64,000 nucleotides of DNA from an uncultured Gammaproteobacteria bacterium (lineage in GTDB: Bacteria; Pseudomonadota; Gammaproteobacteria; CAWCPV01). The notes below the pieces were generated by a model, which saw only the letters and a program-made list of their open reading frames with translations, was not told where the DNA came from and made no database searches. The stretch covers positions 896,001-960,000 of the forward strand of contig CAWCPV010000003.1 in assembly GCA_963797555.1 (NCBI GenBank), in the 5' to 3' direction. This document shows, one piece after another, positions 30,516-39,411 of the stretch (position 1 is the stretch's first letter; every line of letters starts with the position of its first letter). The position numbers were made by a program, and so were the translations under genes.

Positions 30516-30687
30516 TCTCGCCGGGCGTGGGCAACGCAATCGCTGTTCGGCGAACGCCGGTACCAGCCGCCCCGAGGACAGGACGGCCTAGTCCAGGGTG
30601 GCGGCTCAGGCGCCCCCGGTGTGGCATCGCTTGCCTCGGACACGGCAGCGAGCACCAAGCCGAGCCGCCAGGCGCGGGAAACGGCAT

Positions 30688-31980
30688 GTGAGGATCCTCA
30701 TCGTCGGCAGTGGCGGGCGAGAGCATGCCCTCGCCTGGAAAGTCGCCCAGTCGCCCCAGGTGCAGCACGTGTTCGTGGCACCTGGCAATGCTGGAACCGC
30801 CCGCGAGCCGAAGGTCCACAACGTGCCGCTAAACGCTGGCGAGCTGGAACGGCTTGCCGACTTTGCCCGATCGCAGTCCGTGGACCTGACCATAGTCGGA
30901 CCCGAACTGCCCTTGGTCGCGGGCCTTGCGGATCTCTTCCGGGCTCAGGGGCTGCGCTGCTTTGGGCCTTCCCGCGCCGCAGCACGACTGGAGGGCTCCA
31001 AGGTCTTTGCCAAGGACTTCATGGTCCGCCACGGTATCCCGACGGCGTCGTCTCGGACCTTCACGGACCTATCGGAAGCCCTGGCGTATGTGCAGTCGCA
31101 CCCGTCACCCTTGGTGGTCAAGGCGGACGGGCTGGCGGGGGGTAAGGGCGTGGTCGTGGCTCAGAACCGCGAACAGGCTGAGACCGCGATCCGCAACATG
31201 TTGGCCGGCAAAGTCTTCGGAGAGGCTGGTCAGCGCATCCTCGTCGAGGAGTATCTCGTCGGGGAAGAGGCGAGCTTCATCGCCATGGTGGACGGCCAGA
31301 ACGTGCTGCCCTTCGCTGGCTCCCAGGACCACAAGACGCGGGACGACGGCGACCGCGGTCCTAACACCGGGGGCATGGGGGCGTACTCGCCCGCGCCCGT
31401 GCTGACGGAGCCGGTTCAGGAGCGGGTCCTGCGCACCATCGTCGAGCCGGTCGTGCGCGGCATGGTCGCCGAGGGACACGCTTACTCGGGCTTCCTTTAC
31501 GCGGGCATCGTGATCGACCCGGAAGGCCTGCCGCGCGTCCTGGAGTTCAACTGTCGCCTCGGTGACCCGGAGGCCCAGCCGCTCCTCATGCGACTTCGCT
31601 CGGACTTGGTGGACCTCTGCCAAGCAGGCTGCAGCGGCAGCTTGAGCGATGTCCAGGCACGCTGGGACCCACGCACTGCGGTGGGGGTGGTGATGGCGGC
31701 GGCTGGATACCCCGAGACCTATCGCAAGGGCGACATCGTCCACGGGCTGCCCGAACATGAGGTCCCGGACGCGAAGGTTTTCCACGCTGGCACGGCGGAG
31801 GAGCAGGGGAACATCGTGACCGATGGAGGCCGGGTGTTGTGCGCGGTCGCCCTGGGGACGGATGCCGCCGAAGCGCAGGCGCGTGCCTATCGGCTAGTGC
31901 GCCAAATCCATTGGGATGGGGTGTATTACCGTAGCGACATCGGGCACCGGGCGATTGCCAGGGCGGTAGCTCGTGAATAA
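30688..31980 (+). CDS. purD: Phosphoribosylamine-glycine ligase
   Basis: GSGGREHAL, KADGLAGGKGV, GPNTGGMGAYSP and EFNCRLGDPE. Confidence 0.97.
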   Translation: MRILIVGSGGREHALAWKVAQSPQVQHVFVAPGNAGTAREPKVHNVPLNAGELERLADFARSQSVDLTIVGPELPLVAGLADLFRAQGLRCFGPSRAAARLEGSKVFAKDFMVRHGIPTASSRTFTDLSEALAYVQSHPSPLVVKADGLAGGKGVVVAQNREQAETAIRNMLAGKVFGEAGQRILVEEYLVGEEASFIAMVDGQNVLPFAGSQDHKTRDDGDRGPNTGGMGAYSPAPVLTEPVQERVLRTIVEPVVRGMVAEGHAYSGFLYAGIVIDPEGLPRVLEFNCRLGDPEAQPLLMRLRSDLVDLCQAGCSGSLSDVQARWDPRTAVGVVMAAAGYPETYRKGDIVHGLPEHEVPDAKVFHAGTAEEQGNIVTDGGRVLCAVALGTDAAEAQARAYRLVRQIHWDGVYYRSDIGHRAIARAVARE

Positions 31981-32041
31981 ATCTGCTTCGTCCCGATGGC
32001 GGGGTTGCGCAGCTCACTCGCGCCGATTTCTTCACAAGCTC
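31968..32041. repeat. MITE-like element, copy 3 (internally deleted); contains the purD stop
   Basis: Left end AGCTCGTGAATAAATC and right end GATTTCTTCACAAGCT match at 14 of 16 positions as an inverted repeat. Confidence 0.65.
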
Positions 32042-32117
32042 TGACCGAATGAGGCTTGCGCCACGGCCTGTCGCCTTGGCACGCGTCGGGAGAGGAGATC
32101 CCCTGATTCATCCTCCC

Positions 32118-32148
32118 AAAAAAGACGCGGGCGGCTAGGCCGCCCGCG
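32118..32148 (-). terminator. Rho-independent terminator of the G/P/M-rich gene
   Basis: On the minus strand CGCGGGCGGC-CTA-GCCGCCCGCG is followed by TCTTTTTT, about 35 nt after the stop. Confidence 0.75.
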
Positions 32149-32182
32149 CGCTGGATCCTTTGGGACCGCTCTCAGGCCGTCG

Positions 32183-33634
32183 CTAACCCATGGTCGGCGG
32201 GAACGGTCCGTGCCGCAGGACCGCGGGAGGGGCTCCCCAGCCTCCAGACATGGTGCCCGGACCTGCCATGGCGGCAGGACGGATGCCCGCGAGAGGCCCG
32301 ATCCCTCGATGGAAGGCGACCGACATCGGGCTAGGCCCGCCTGGCATCATTCCCTGGGGACCCTGTGGGCCGAAGCCGGCGAAGACCATCGGATTGACCG
32401 GGCCATTGCTTGGACCCATCGGTCCCGCACCGGGGCCCATCATTCCCTCATGGAAAGCGACCGACATCGGGCTAGGCCCGCCCGGCATCATTCCCTGGGG
32501 ACCCTGTGGGCCGAGGCCGGCGAAGACCATCGGATTGACCGGGCCATTGCCTGGACGCATCGGTCCCGCACCGGGGCCCATCATTCCCTCCATGCCGGGA
32601 CCCATCATCGGAGGCGATCCGATGGAGCCGAACCCGGCAATCTGGGGGCCAGCCATCATCGGAGGACGAGCCATGGGTCCGAGTCCGCCCGCCATGATGC
32701 CCGGGATGCCCACCGCACCCCGATAAGTGGCATAGCGGAATGCCGCCCGTTCCATAGCCATGGCTTGGTGGGCCGCCACCCACTGTGCGTAGGCAGCACC
32801 CATGGCACCCTCACCCTCCGACATCCAGGGCCCGCCAGGACCCCCCGACATCCCGCCCATCGGACCAGCCCAGGCGCTGGTGTAAGGCATAGCAAACGGT
32901 GGTACCGGACCCATCATGCCGGGCCCAGCCATCATCGGCGGCGTCGACCAAGGCGCCCCGATGGGGGAGCCCGCATTCTGCCATGCCACGCGGCTCGGCA
33001 TGAACGGCGGCATACCTCCGAAGCCACCGGGGCCGGGACGAAACGCCGCGTGCATCAACCCGATGTTGGGCCCGAAGCCTCCCATCGGCCCCCTAGCGGA
33101 AGCCGCCATAGGTGAAATGCCGCCACCCCACAGAGCTGCGTTCTGTGCTGGCGGGCCGCCCATGCCCGAACCACCGAATGGCCCGAGCCCCGCCGCGTAG
33201 GGGTTAGCCCACGGCCCTCCTGGGCCCCACGGCCCTCCTGGGCCGCCACGCGCGAACGGCGGCGGTCCCGAGAAGCCTTCTGGCCCCCCCATGCCTGGCG
33301 GTCCGTTGAACGCCACGCGGCTGATGGCCGGTGCCGCCTGCAACGGCCCCAGCCCCCTGGCCAACATGGCTGGTCCGCCGAACCGACCGATTCCGGCACG
33401 TCCCAACATCGGCCCGGCCATGGGCCCAATACCGCGCCACAGGATGGGAGACGGTCCAGCCATGGGCCCGAGGCCAGCCCTCAAGACCGCGGGGCTCGGA
33501 CCAATCATGCCCATGGGCGCCCTGGCCAGCATCGGCGGGATCATGAACTCTGGACCGGCCTGCGCCACGGTCGAAACGACCGTCGATGCAGAACAGGCCA
33601 GTGCTGTCACGGTAAGCAATGAGTACGATTTCAT
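32183..33634 (-). CDS. Secreted Gly/Pro/Met/Ala-rich low-complexity protein (candidate sulfur-globule/structural protein)
   Basis: GGAGGAG RBS before ATG 33634, signal peptide MKSYSLLTVTALACSASTVVSTVAQA, 483-aa open frame, and a terminator after the stop. Confidence 0.75.
   Translation of the reverse strand: MKSYSLLTVTALACSASTVVSTVAQAGPEFMIPPMLARAPMGMIGPSPAVLRAGLGPMAGPSPILWRGIGPMAGPMLGRAGIGRFGGPAMLARGLGPLQAAPAISRVAFNGPPGMGGPEGFSGPPPFARGGPGGPWGPGGPWANPYAAGLGPFGGSGMGGPPAQNAALWGGGISPMAASARGPMGGFGPNIGLMHAAFRPGPGGFGGMPPFMPSRVAWQNAGSPIGAPWSTPPMMAGPGMMGPVPPFAMPYTSAWAGPMGGMSGGPGGPWMSEGEGAMGAAYAQWVAAHQAMAMERAAFRYATYRGAVGIPGIMAGGLGPMARPPMMAGPQIAGFGSIGSPPMMGPGMEGMMGPGAGPMRPGNGPVNPMVFAGLGPQGPQGMMPGGPSPMSVAFHEGMMGPGAGPMGPSNGPVNPMVFAGFGPQGPQGMMPGGPSPMSVAFHRGIGPLAGIRPAAMAGPGTMSGGWGAPPAVLRHGPFPPTMG
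32309..32590 (-). repeat. Intragenic tandem duplication, 2 x 141 bp (47 aa)
   Basis: EGMMGPGAGPM(R/G)P(G/S)NGPVNPMVFAG(L/F)GPQGPQGMMPGGPSPMSVAFH occurs twice; units begin at 32309 and 32450. Confidence 0.9.
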
Positions 33635-34084
33635 CGACTCCTCCTTCTGGTTCGATCTGCGCATTTGCGCCGGCAAGCTAGGTCAGTGAAGCATCGTTCA
33701 GTCCGTTGCCGCCGGCGACTCCGCTCAGGGCACTAACCAAGTTTCCGCCGGAGCGCCCCGCGATATGTTAACCACGATGCGTGCGAAAGATAAAGTCTTT
33801 TTTGTTCCGAGTGATCCAGCCTATTCCTGCGGGGGCGTCTCATGTGCGGAAGGCCACAGGCTGACAACGGGTGGGGCATCTCGTGGCGTTTCGCCCTCAT
33901 CGCCCCGCCGAGCCGGCGTCTCGCCCCGTTGAGTCGATGCCCGATATCCGTTACCCTAGCGCAATCTGGCGCTCCCCCGCCCGATGAGCAGCAACTTGGC
34001 CCACGCGGGCACCTCGGTCCAGCGCCGCACCGGGCGCTACTCTTGTTTGCCGCGGGGCGTGTGGGCACAGAGAGTTAGCTGACA

Positions 34085-34393
34085 ATGGTCACCAAGACGA
34101 TCCGTTTAGTATCTGCAGTCACCACGCTCGCACTCCTGGGCTTGGGCACTGGCCCCGTGGCCCATGCGACGCACTATCCCGGGCATCTTCTGATCGGAAG
34201 CTCCATTTACGACAATTTTTCCCGCCTCATCAACCGACCCGTCAAGCTGCTGCTCAAGGGCGGTGGAGAGGTGCACGGAATAGTCAGAGAAGTGGGTACC
34301 AAGTTGGTGCGCCTTGATGGCCCGGATGGCGAGGACAGCCTGGTGGTCGTGGACGAGGTAGCGGTACTGATTACGGAACCGGGGCCCCAGTAG
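34085..34393 (+). CDS. Small exported protein, possible Sm/Hfq-like beta fold
   Basis: Signal peptide ending VAHA, followed by RPVKLLLKGGGEVHGIVREVGTKLVRL...SLVVVDEVAVL. Confidence 0.6.
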   Translation: MVTKTIRLVSAVTTLALLGLGTGPVAHATHYPGHLLIGSSIYDNFSRLINRPVKLLLKGGGEVHGIVREVGTKLVRLDGPDGEDSLVVVDEVAVLITEPGPQ

Positions 34394-34420
34394 GGGGTTG
34401 TTTGCGCATAGGAGGCCACC

Positions 34421-35305
34421 ATGTCCGTCAGACATCCCATCATTGCGGTCACCGGCTCCTCCGGCGCCGGCACCACCACGGTGAAGCATGCGTTCAAGGA
34501 TATCTTCCGCCGCGAAGGGATCGACAACGTCATCTTCGTTGAAGGGGACAGTTTTCACCGCTACGACAGGTACGAAATGAAGGAGAAGATCCAGGAGTGG
34601 GAAGCGGTCGACAAGAACCTCAGCCACTTCGGTCCCGACGCCAACCTGCTTGAGGAGCAGGAGGCCCTGTTCAGGGCATACGGCACGGACGGAACGGGCA
34701 AGATTCGTCATTACATCCACGACGTGGAGGAGGCCGAGACATACGACGGGGAGCCGGGACGCTTCACGGCATGGGAGCCTATTCCGGCAAACACGGATCT
34801 CTTGCTGTATGAGGGACTGCACGGCGGCGTCGTAACCGAAACGGTGGACGTCGCCCAGCACGTGGACCTACTCATCGGCGTAGTGCCCATCGTCAATCTG
34901 GAGTGGATCCAGAAGATCCATCGGGACTGTGCCACCCGCGGCTACACCGCCGAGCAAGTCACCCACACGATCCTGCGCCGCATGCCGGACTACGTCGACT
35001 ACATCACGCCGCAGTTCTCCCGGAGCCATATCAACTTCCAGCGCGTCTCCCTCGTCGATACGTCCAACCCTTTCATCGCGCGCGACATCCCGACGCCGGA
35101 TGAGAGCGTTGCGGTCATTCGATTCCGGGACGCGAGGAACCAGAACTTCCCCTATATGTTGCAGATGATTCACGGTTCCTTCATGTCCCGCCCGAACACG
35201 CTCGTGGCGCCCGGGGGCAAGATGGGCCTGGCCATGGAGGTCATCTTGACCCCCATCATCCGCGACATGATGGACAAGAAGAAACGGGTCACGCTGGGGA
35301 TGTGA
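34421..35305 (+). CDS. prk: Phosphoribulokinase (proteobacterial type)
   Basis: IIAVTGSSGAGTT, EGDSFHRYDR, YEGLHG, VNLEWIQKIHRD and DTSNPFIAR. Confidence 0.95.
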   Translation: MSVRHPIIAVTGSSGAGTTTVKHAFKDIFRREGIDNVIFVEGDSFHRYDRYEMKEKIQEWEAVDKNLSHFGPDANLLEEQEALFRAYGTDGTGKIRHYIHDVEEAETYDGEPGRFTAWEPIPANTDLLLYEGLHGGVVTETVDVAQHVDLLIGVVPIVNLEWIQKIHRDCATRGYTAEQVTHTILRRMPDYVDYITPQFSRSHINFQRVSLVDTSNPFIARDIPTPDESVAVIRFRDARNQNFPYMLQMIHGSFMSRPNTLVAPGGKMGLAMEVILTPIIRDMMDKKKRVTLGM

Positions 35306-35434
35306 CCTACCGGTGCCAAGCCGCCCGCCTGGCTTGAATCCCTCTTGCGGCCGTCCGGGCAGGCCCCGGCCTGCGCCCGATGGCGCCTCGCCATGAGTCT
35401 GGCGGAGCCGTACGCGCGCCGCGGTCGACAAGGC

Positions 35435-35983
35435 TCAGAGGAATACCGCCGGCACGCCGGTGTAGCCGTACAGCCGATCGTGGAAGATCTCGCCGTTGGC
35501 AAAGAACCCTACCAGCGGGAAGTCCCCGAGCACAGCCGTTCAGGTCCCGGATCGAGCGCGCCATGAGGTGTGCGATCTGGATCTCGGCCGGGTCACCGTG
35601 CACCACGGCGAACCGAGCGTCCCGGCGCTCGCACCAGGCGCCGTGTTGCGCGTGGAAGCTCTCCAGATCCGTGTCCGCCGGGATGGGTTCGAACACTCGA
35701 AAGGCATCGGTGGGCAGGCTCGCTATCAGGGCCGCTATGGCAGGACGTTCCAAGTGCTCCCGCCCGGTCGTGCTGATGCCGACGCCCACGGTCCCGACCC
35801 AGTGCTCGACGCCCGATCCTGTGTGCACGCGCATCAGGATCTCCGGTACGTACTCGGCCCAGAGGTCGCTCACGTACAGGAAACCGAGGCCCCTCGGGGG
35901 ACATCCCGCAGGTCCGCGATGCAATCGTAACCCGCTTGACGCCAATCGCCGGCGCTGGCGTGTGCCGCAGAGAACATCGTCAT
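35435..35983 (-). pseudogene. FIST-domain signal transduction protein remnant
   Basis: FSAAHASAGDWR, LGFLYVSD...HWVGTVGVGI...VVHGDP and C-terminal PLVGFFANGEIFHDRLYGYTGV lie across two frameshifts; the central part is missing. Confidence 0.7.
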
Positions 35984-36100
35984 GGCGGAAAAACCTGAGA
36001 TTACATTGGCGGGCCTGCGGTTATCGGCTAAGCTGAGCGGGCTCTGCGTCGATCGCGCCTCGGTGCCGACTCCTGGCGTGGCACGACCCCATGTTATGCG

Positions 36101-37291
36101 GTGAATACCATGACCATCAAGTCCTATCACCCGCCTGTCCGCACCCTGCTGGGGCCGGGGCCTTCGGATGTCCCCGCGCGTATCCTCGAGGCAATGTCGC
36201 GCCCCACGATCGGGCACCTGGATCCGGCTTTCCTGGATATGATGGATGAGCTGAAGTCCCTGCTGCAGTACGGCTTCCAGACGCGCAACCCCGTGACCCT
36301 TCCTGTCTCCGGCCCGGGGTCGGCCGGCATGGAAGCGTGCTTCGTGAACTTGCTGGAACCCGGGGACACCGTCGTCGTCTGCATCAACGGCGTCTTCGGG
36401 TCGCGCATGAGGGAAAACGTGGAGCGTTGCGGCGCCAACGCCATCGTCTTGGACACGCCCTGGGGACAAGCAGTGGACCCGAACCGGCTCGAGGACACCC
36501 TTAAGGGTGCACCCGCGGCGACGGTCGTGGCCTTCGTCCATGCCGAGACCTCGACCGGCGCTCTATCGGATGCCAAGACTCTGGCGCAGGTCGCTCAGCG
36601 CTACGACTGCCTCACTATCATGGACGCGGTCACGTCTTTGGGCGGCTGCCCCGTCCTGGTGGACGAATGGGGCATCGATGCGACGTACTCCGGCAGCCAG
36701 AAATGCCTCTCATGTACCCCCGGTTTGGCACCCCTTACCTTTGGCGAGCGGGCGATGGAGCGCATCAAGGCACGGCGCCACAAGGTGCAGAGCTGGTTCT
36801 TGGATGTCGGTCTGCTCACGGCATACTGGGGCACGGGCGCGCAACGCGCTTATCACCATACGGCGCCGATCAACGCGCTGTATGGGCTGCACGAGGCGCT
36901 GGTGATATTGCAGGAGGAGGGCCTGGAAAACGCGTGGGAGCGGCACCGCAGCAACCATGAGTTGCTGCGCGCCGGGATCGAGGCGATGGGATTGGACTTC
37001 CTGGTGCAGGAAGGCCAGCGCCTGCCGCAGCTGAACGCGATTCAAGTTCCGTCCGGAGCGGATGAGGCGGAGGTGCGCCGCTGTCTGCTCCAGGACTATT
37101 CGATCGAGATCGGCGCGGGCCTGGGCGTACTGGCCGGCAAGATCTGGCGCATCGGACTCATGGGGCACGGAAGCAAGCCCCGAAACGTTCGCCTGGTCTT
37201 GGGGGCGCTCGAGGATGCCCTGACCGCGCTCAAGGCGCCCGTCCGCCGGGGCATGGCCCAGCAGGCCGTGCGCTACATCCTCAGAGGCTAA
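36101..37291 (+). CDS. Class V aminotransferase (alanine-glyoxylate/serine-pyruvate family)
   Basis: LLGPGPS, VHAETSTG, DAVTSLGG, SGSQKC, YHHTAP and WRIGLMG. Confidence 0.9.
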   Translation: MNTMTIKSYHPPVRTLLGPGPSDVPARILEAMSRPTIGHLDPAFLDMMDELKSLLQYGFQTRNPVTLPVSGPGSAGMEACFVNLLEPGDTVVVCINGVFGSRMRENVERCGANAIVLDTPWGQAVDPNRLEDTLKGAPAATVVAFVHAETSTGALSDAKTLAQVAQRYDCLTIMDAVTSLGGCPVLVDEWGIDATYSGSQKCLSCTPGLAPLTFGERAMERIKARRHKVQSWFLDVGLLTAYWGTGAQRAYHHTAPINALYGLHEALVILQEEGLENAWERHRSNHELLRAGIEAMGLDFLVQEGQRLPQLNAIQVPSGADEAEVRRCLLQDYSIEIGAGLGVLAGKIWRIGLMGHGSKPRNVRLVLGALEDALTALKAPVRRGMAQQAVRYILRG

Positions 37292-37857
37292 GGCATGCGT
37301 GCCAGCCGGTCCAGATCGACGGCGGCGGCATAGGCCGCCAGATCGTCCGGCCCGACCTGGGTCCCCCGCACTGATATCAGGATGCGCTTGTTCAGTACCA
37401 TGGCAATCTCGCCGCTCTTGTCTTTGGCATCGTACTTCACCAGGGACCGCTCTCGACCAATCTTCTTGAAACTGCCGCCGTTGGCGGTCGCGAAAGCCGG
37501 ATCATCGAAAGCAAGCATGGCGCTCTGCAGCACCACCGAGTCCGTCACGTACCGGAGCATCACCAGTTTCTCGGCTTCGCGGTACACGCGTTGCGCCGAG
37601 ATGCCACCGCCGTAAAAGCCGGCAGCCATCACGCTGGACATCGCCTCGTCGACCTGCCAGCCCTTCAACGGCGAAGGCAGGGCCGCCTTCATGAGATCTC
37701 CTATCTCGCGGCGGATCAGCCCGGTAGCGAGTTCCAGACTATCGACGGCCGCACTCAGGCGGCCATCGCGGTAATGCACCATGCCCTCCTGTAGGGCGTC
37801 GGTCACCTCGTCGGCAAGGGCTGTAGAAACAGCCAGAGTCGCGACTGCACATATCAT
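37288..37857 (-). CDS. Hypothetical exported protein (start uncertain)
   Basis: Signal-like ATLAVSTALA-DEV followed by ALPSPLKGW...GGGISAQRVY; stop overlaps the aminotransferase stop. Confidence 0.6.
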   Translation of the reverse strand: MICAVATLAVSTALADEVTDALQEGMVHYRDGRLSAAVDSLELATGLIRREIGDLMKAALPSPLKGWQVDEAMSSVMAAGFYGGGISAQRVYREAEKLVMLRYVTDSVVLQSAMLAFDDPAFATANGGSFKKIGRERSLVKYDAKDKSGEIAMVLNKRILISVRGTQVGPDDLAAYAAAVDLDRLARMP

Positions 37858-38029
37858 TCCAAGCTTCAAGGTTCCTCCCACCCCCTCAGGTCGCACCCCG
37901 GACAACCGCGCCTCGTGCCTGAAGGGACGCCGGCACGTCGGCTGTTCATTATGACAAGCGTGCCGATAGCGTTTCAAACCATCGCACCGGTCACCACTGG
38001 GCGATAGTGCGCTAGAATATAGCGTTTCC

Positions 38030-38866
38030 ATGATACATTCCTTTCTGGTACGAACGGCGATGCAGCGGCGCGTGCGCTTGGGGTGGGGGATCGGTCTGTT
38101 CCTCGCTGTGACTCTTGGCGCCACGCGGGTCGAGGGCGCCGTGGCGGTATTGATTCCGGGTTACCTGGGCGACGCCGCTACTTGGCGAGACGCGGGGATC
38201 ACGGCGGCCCTCGTTAGCGCCGGCTGGCGAGACGGCGGGATGCTCGCTGGACAGCGCGCTGGCTCCGCCCGACCCCAGCCGGGCAATGTCTTCTACATCG
38301 CAGACGCGCCCTCGGAAGCTCCCCTTCTCTACCAAGCCCAATTGCTGCACGATTCTCTGGAGCAACTTTACCGCAATGGCGCGCAGGAGCCTCTAATCCT
38401 CATTGGCCACTCGGCCGGCGGCGTGGTGGCACGCCTGTTCATGGTTCAGTACGGCCAACCGAAGGTGCGAGCCCTTATCACCATCGCGTCCCCTCACCTC
38501 GGCACAGAGACCGCCGAACTCGGACTCATGACTAGCCTCAGCCCGCTCGGATTCTTCGCGCCCTTGGTGGGCGCCGGGACCCTCAACAAATCGCGGGCGC
38601 TCTACGCTGATCTGGCTCCGGAGCGGCCCGGCGACTTGCTTTACTGGCTCAACCGCCAGGCCCATCCGGACAGCCGCTACATCTCGGTGGTGCGGACGGA
38701 CAAGACCTTCCTCGCTAACCTCATCGTCTCCGCCCAAAGCCAGGATATGAACAACGTCTACGCCCTACGCGGCAGGGCGCAAACTGTAACGACCTCGGAC
38801 GGACATGGGCTGGACCGCAAGGACGGCCCCTTGCTGGTGGGGCTGCTGAAGAAAGTGACTCGATGA
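38030..38866 (+). CDS. Exported alpha/beta hydrolase (lipase/PGAP1-like)
   Basis: VLIPGYLG, nucleophile elbow IGHSAGG, ITIASPHLG and C-terminal GH. Confidence 0.8.
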   Translation: MIHSFLVRTAMQRRVRLGWGIGLFLAVTLGATRVEGAVAVLIPGYLGDAATWRDAGITAALVSAGWRDGGMLAGQRAGSARPQPGNVFYIADAPSEAPLLYQAQLLHDSLEQLYRNGAQEPLILIGHSAGGVVARLFMVQYGQPKVRALITIASPHLGTETAELGLMTSLSPLGFFAPLVGAGTLNKSRALYADLAPERPGDLLYWLNRQAHPDSRYISVVRTDKTFLANLIVSAQSQDMNNVYALRGRAQTVTTSDGHGLDRKDGPLLVGLLKKVTR

Positions 38867-38955
38867 CGGCAGGGTTCTGGCGAGCGGTGCCGGCTGTGAC
38901 CATAGCCGCGGCGGCAGCCCCCGGAAACCGGCGCAGAGCGGCCCAGGCCCCTGAC

Positions 38956-38984
38956 TTAAACTTTCACACCGCTCGTCCTATAAT
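38956..38984 (+). promoter_or_regulatory. Putative sigma70 promoter
   Basis: TTAAAC-N17-TATAAT upstream of the hypothetical/pfp genes. Confidence 0.35.
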
Positions 38985-38995
38985 CTGCGCACGAC

Positions 38996-39379
38996 GTGCT
39001 GGAATGCGAAGCTGTGGGCCCCATTCCCGACTTCACCCAGGACGAGCTAGAGATCGTCCGAGAATTGACCGAGAGACGCTACCGTAAGCCGATTACGGTG
39101 GAGTTGGCCGACGCCGAGGTACAGATCGAACCGTCTTCCGGCGAGCTGACCCTTTGTCCCACCCTCTTCTGGCGGGAGCGCGACGCGAACTTCGTGGTGG
39201 TCAAGACCGGCGAGCGGCGTTATCGCTGCGAGTTCTTCTATCACCCATCGGAGCATTATGGCACCGGGGTCGCGGCATATACCGATCTCGTGGAATGCAC
39301 GACCACCTTGCTGCGCCTGCAAGCCGACCACGAGGCGCAGCGCACCGGTGAGAGCCCCCCGCCCCGGCGTTCCGAATAA
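38996..39379 (+). CDS. Hypothetical protein (start uncertain)
   Basis: Globular-looking ORF (IPDFT...CPTLFW...YGTG...LQADHE) lying 32 nt upstream of pfp on the same strand. Confidence 0.7.
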   Translation: MLECEAVGPIPDFTQDELEIVRELTERRYRKPITVELADAEVQIEPSSGELTLCPTLFWRERDANFVVVKTGERRYRCEFFYHPSEHYGTGVAAYTDLVECTTTLLRLQADHEAQRTGESPPPRRSE

Positions 39380-39411
39380 ACGCCATCACCGTATAGCCCA
39401 GGGAGCTGCGT

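Noticed and set aside
32190-33689. Plus-strand ORFs over the G/P/M-rich gene, and its repeats as a possible CRISPR array
   Set aside because: RBS, signal peptide and terminator all support the minus strand. The repeats are contiguous in-frame 141-bp units with no spacers, and no cas genes are present.
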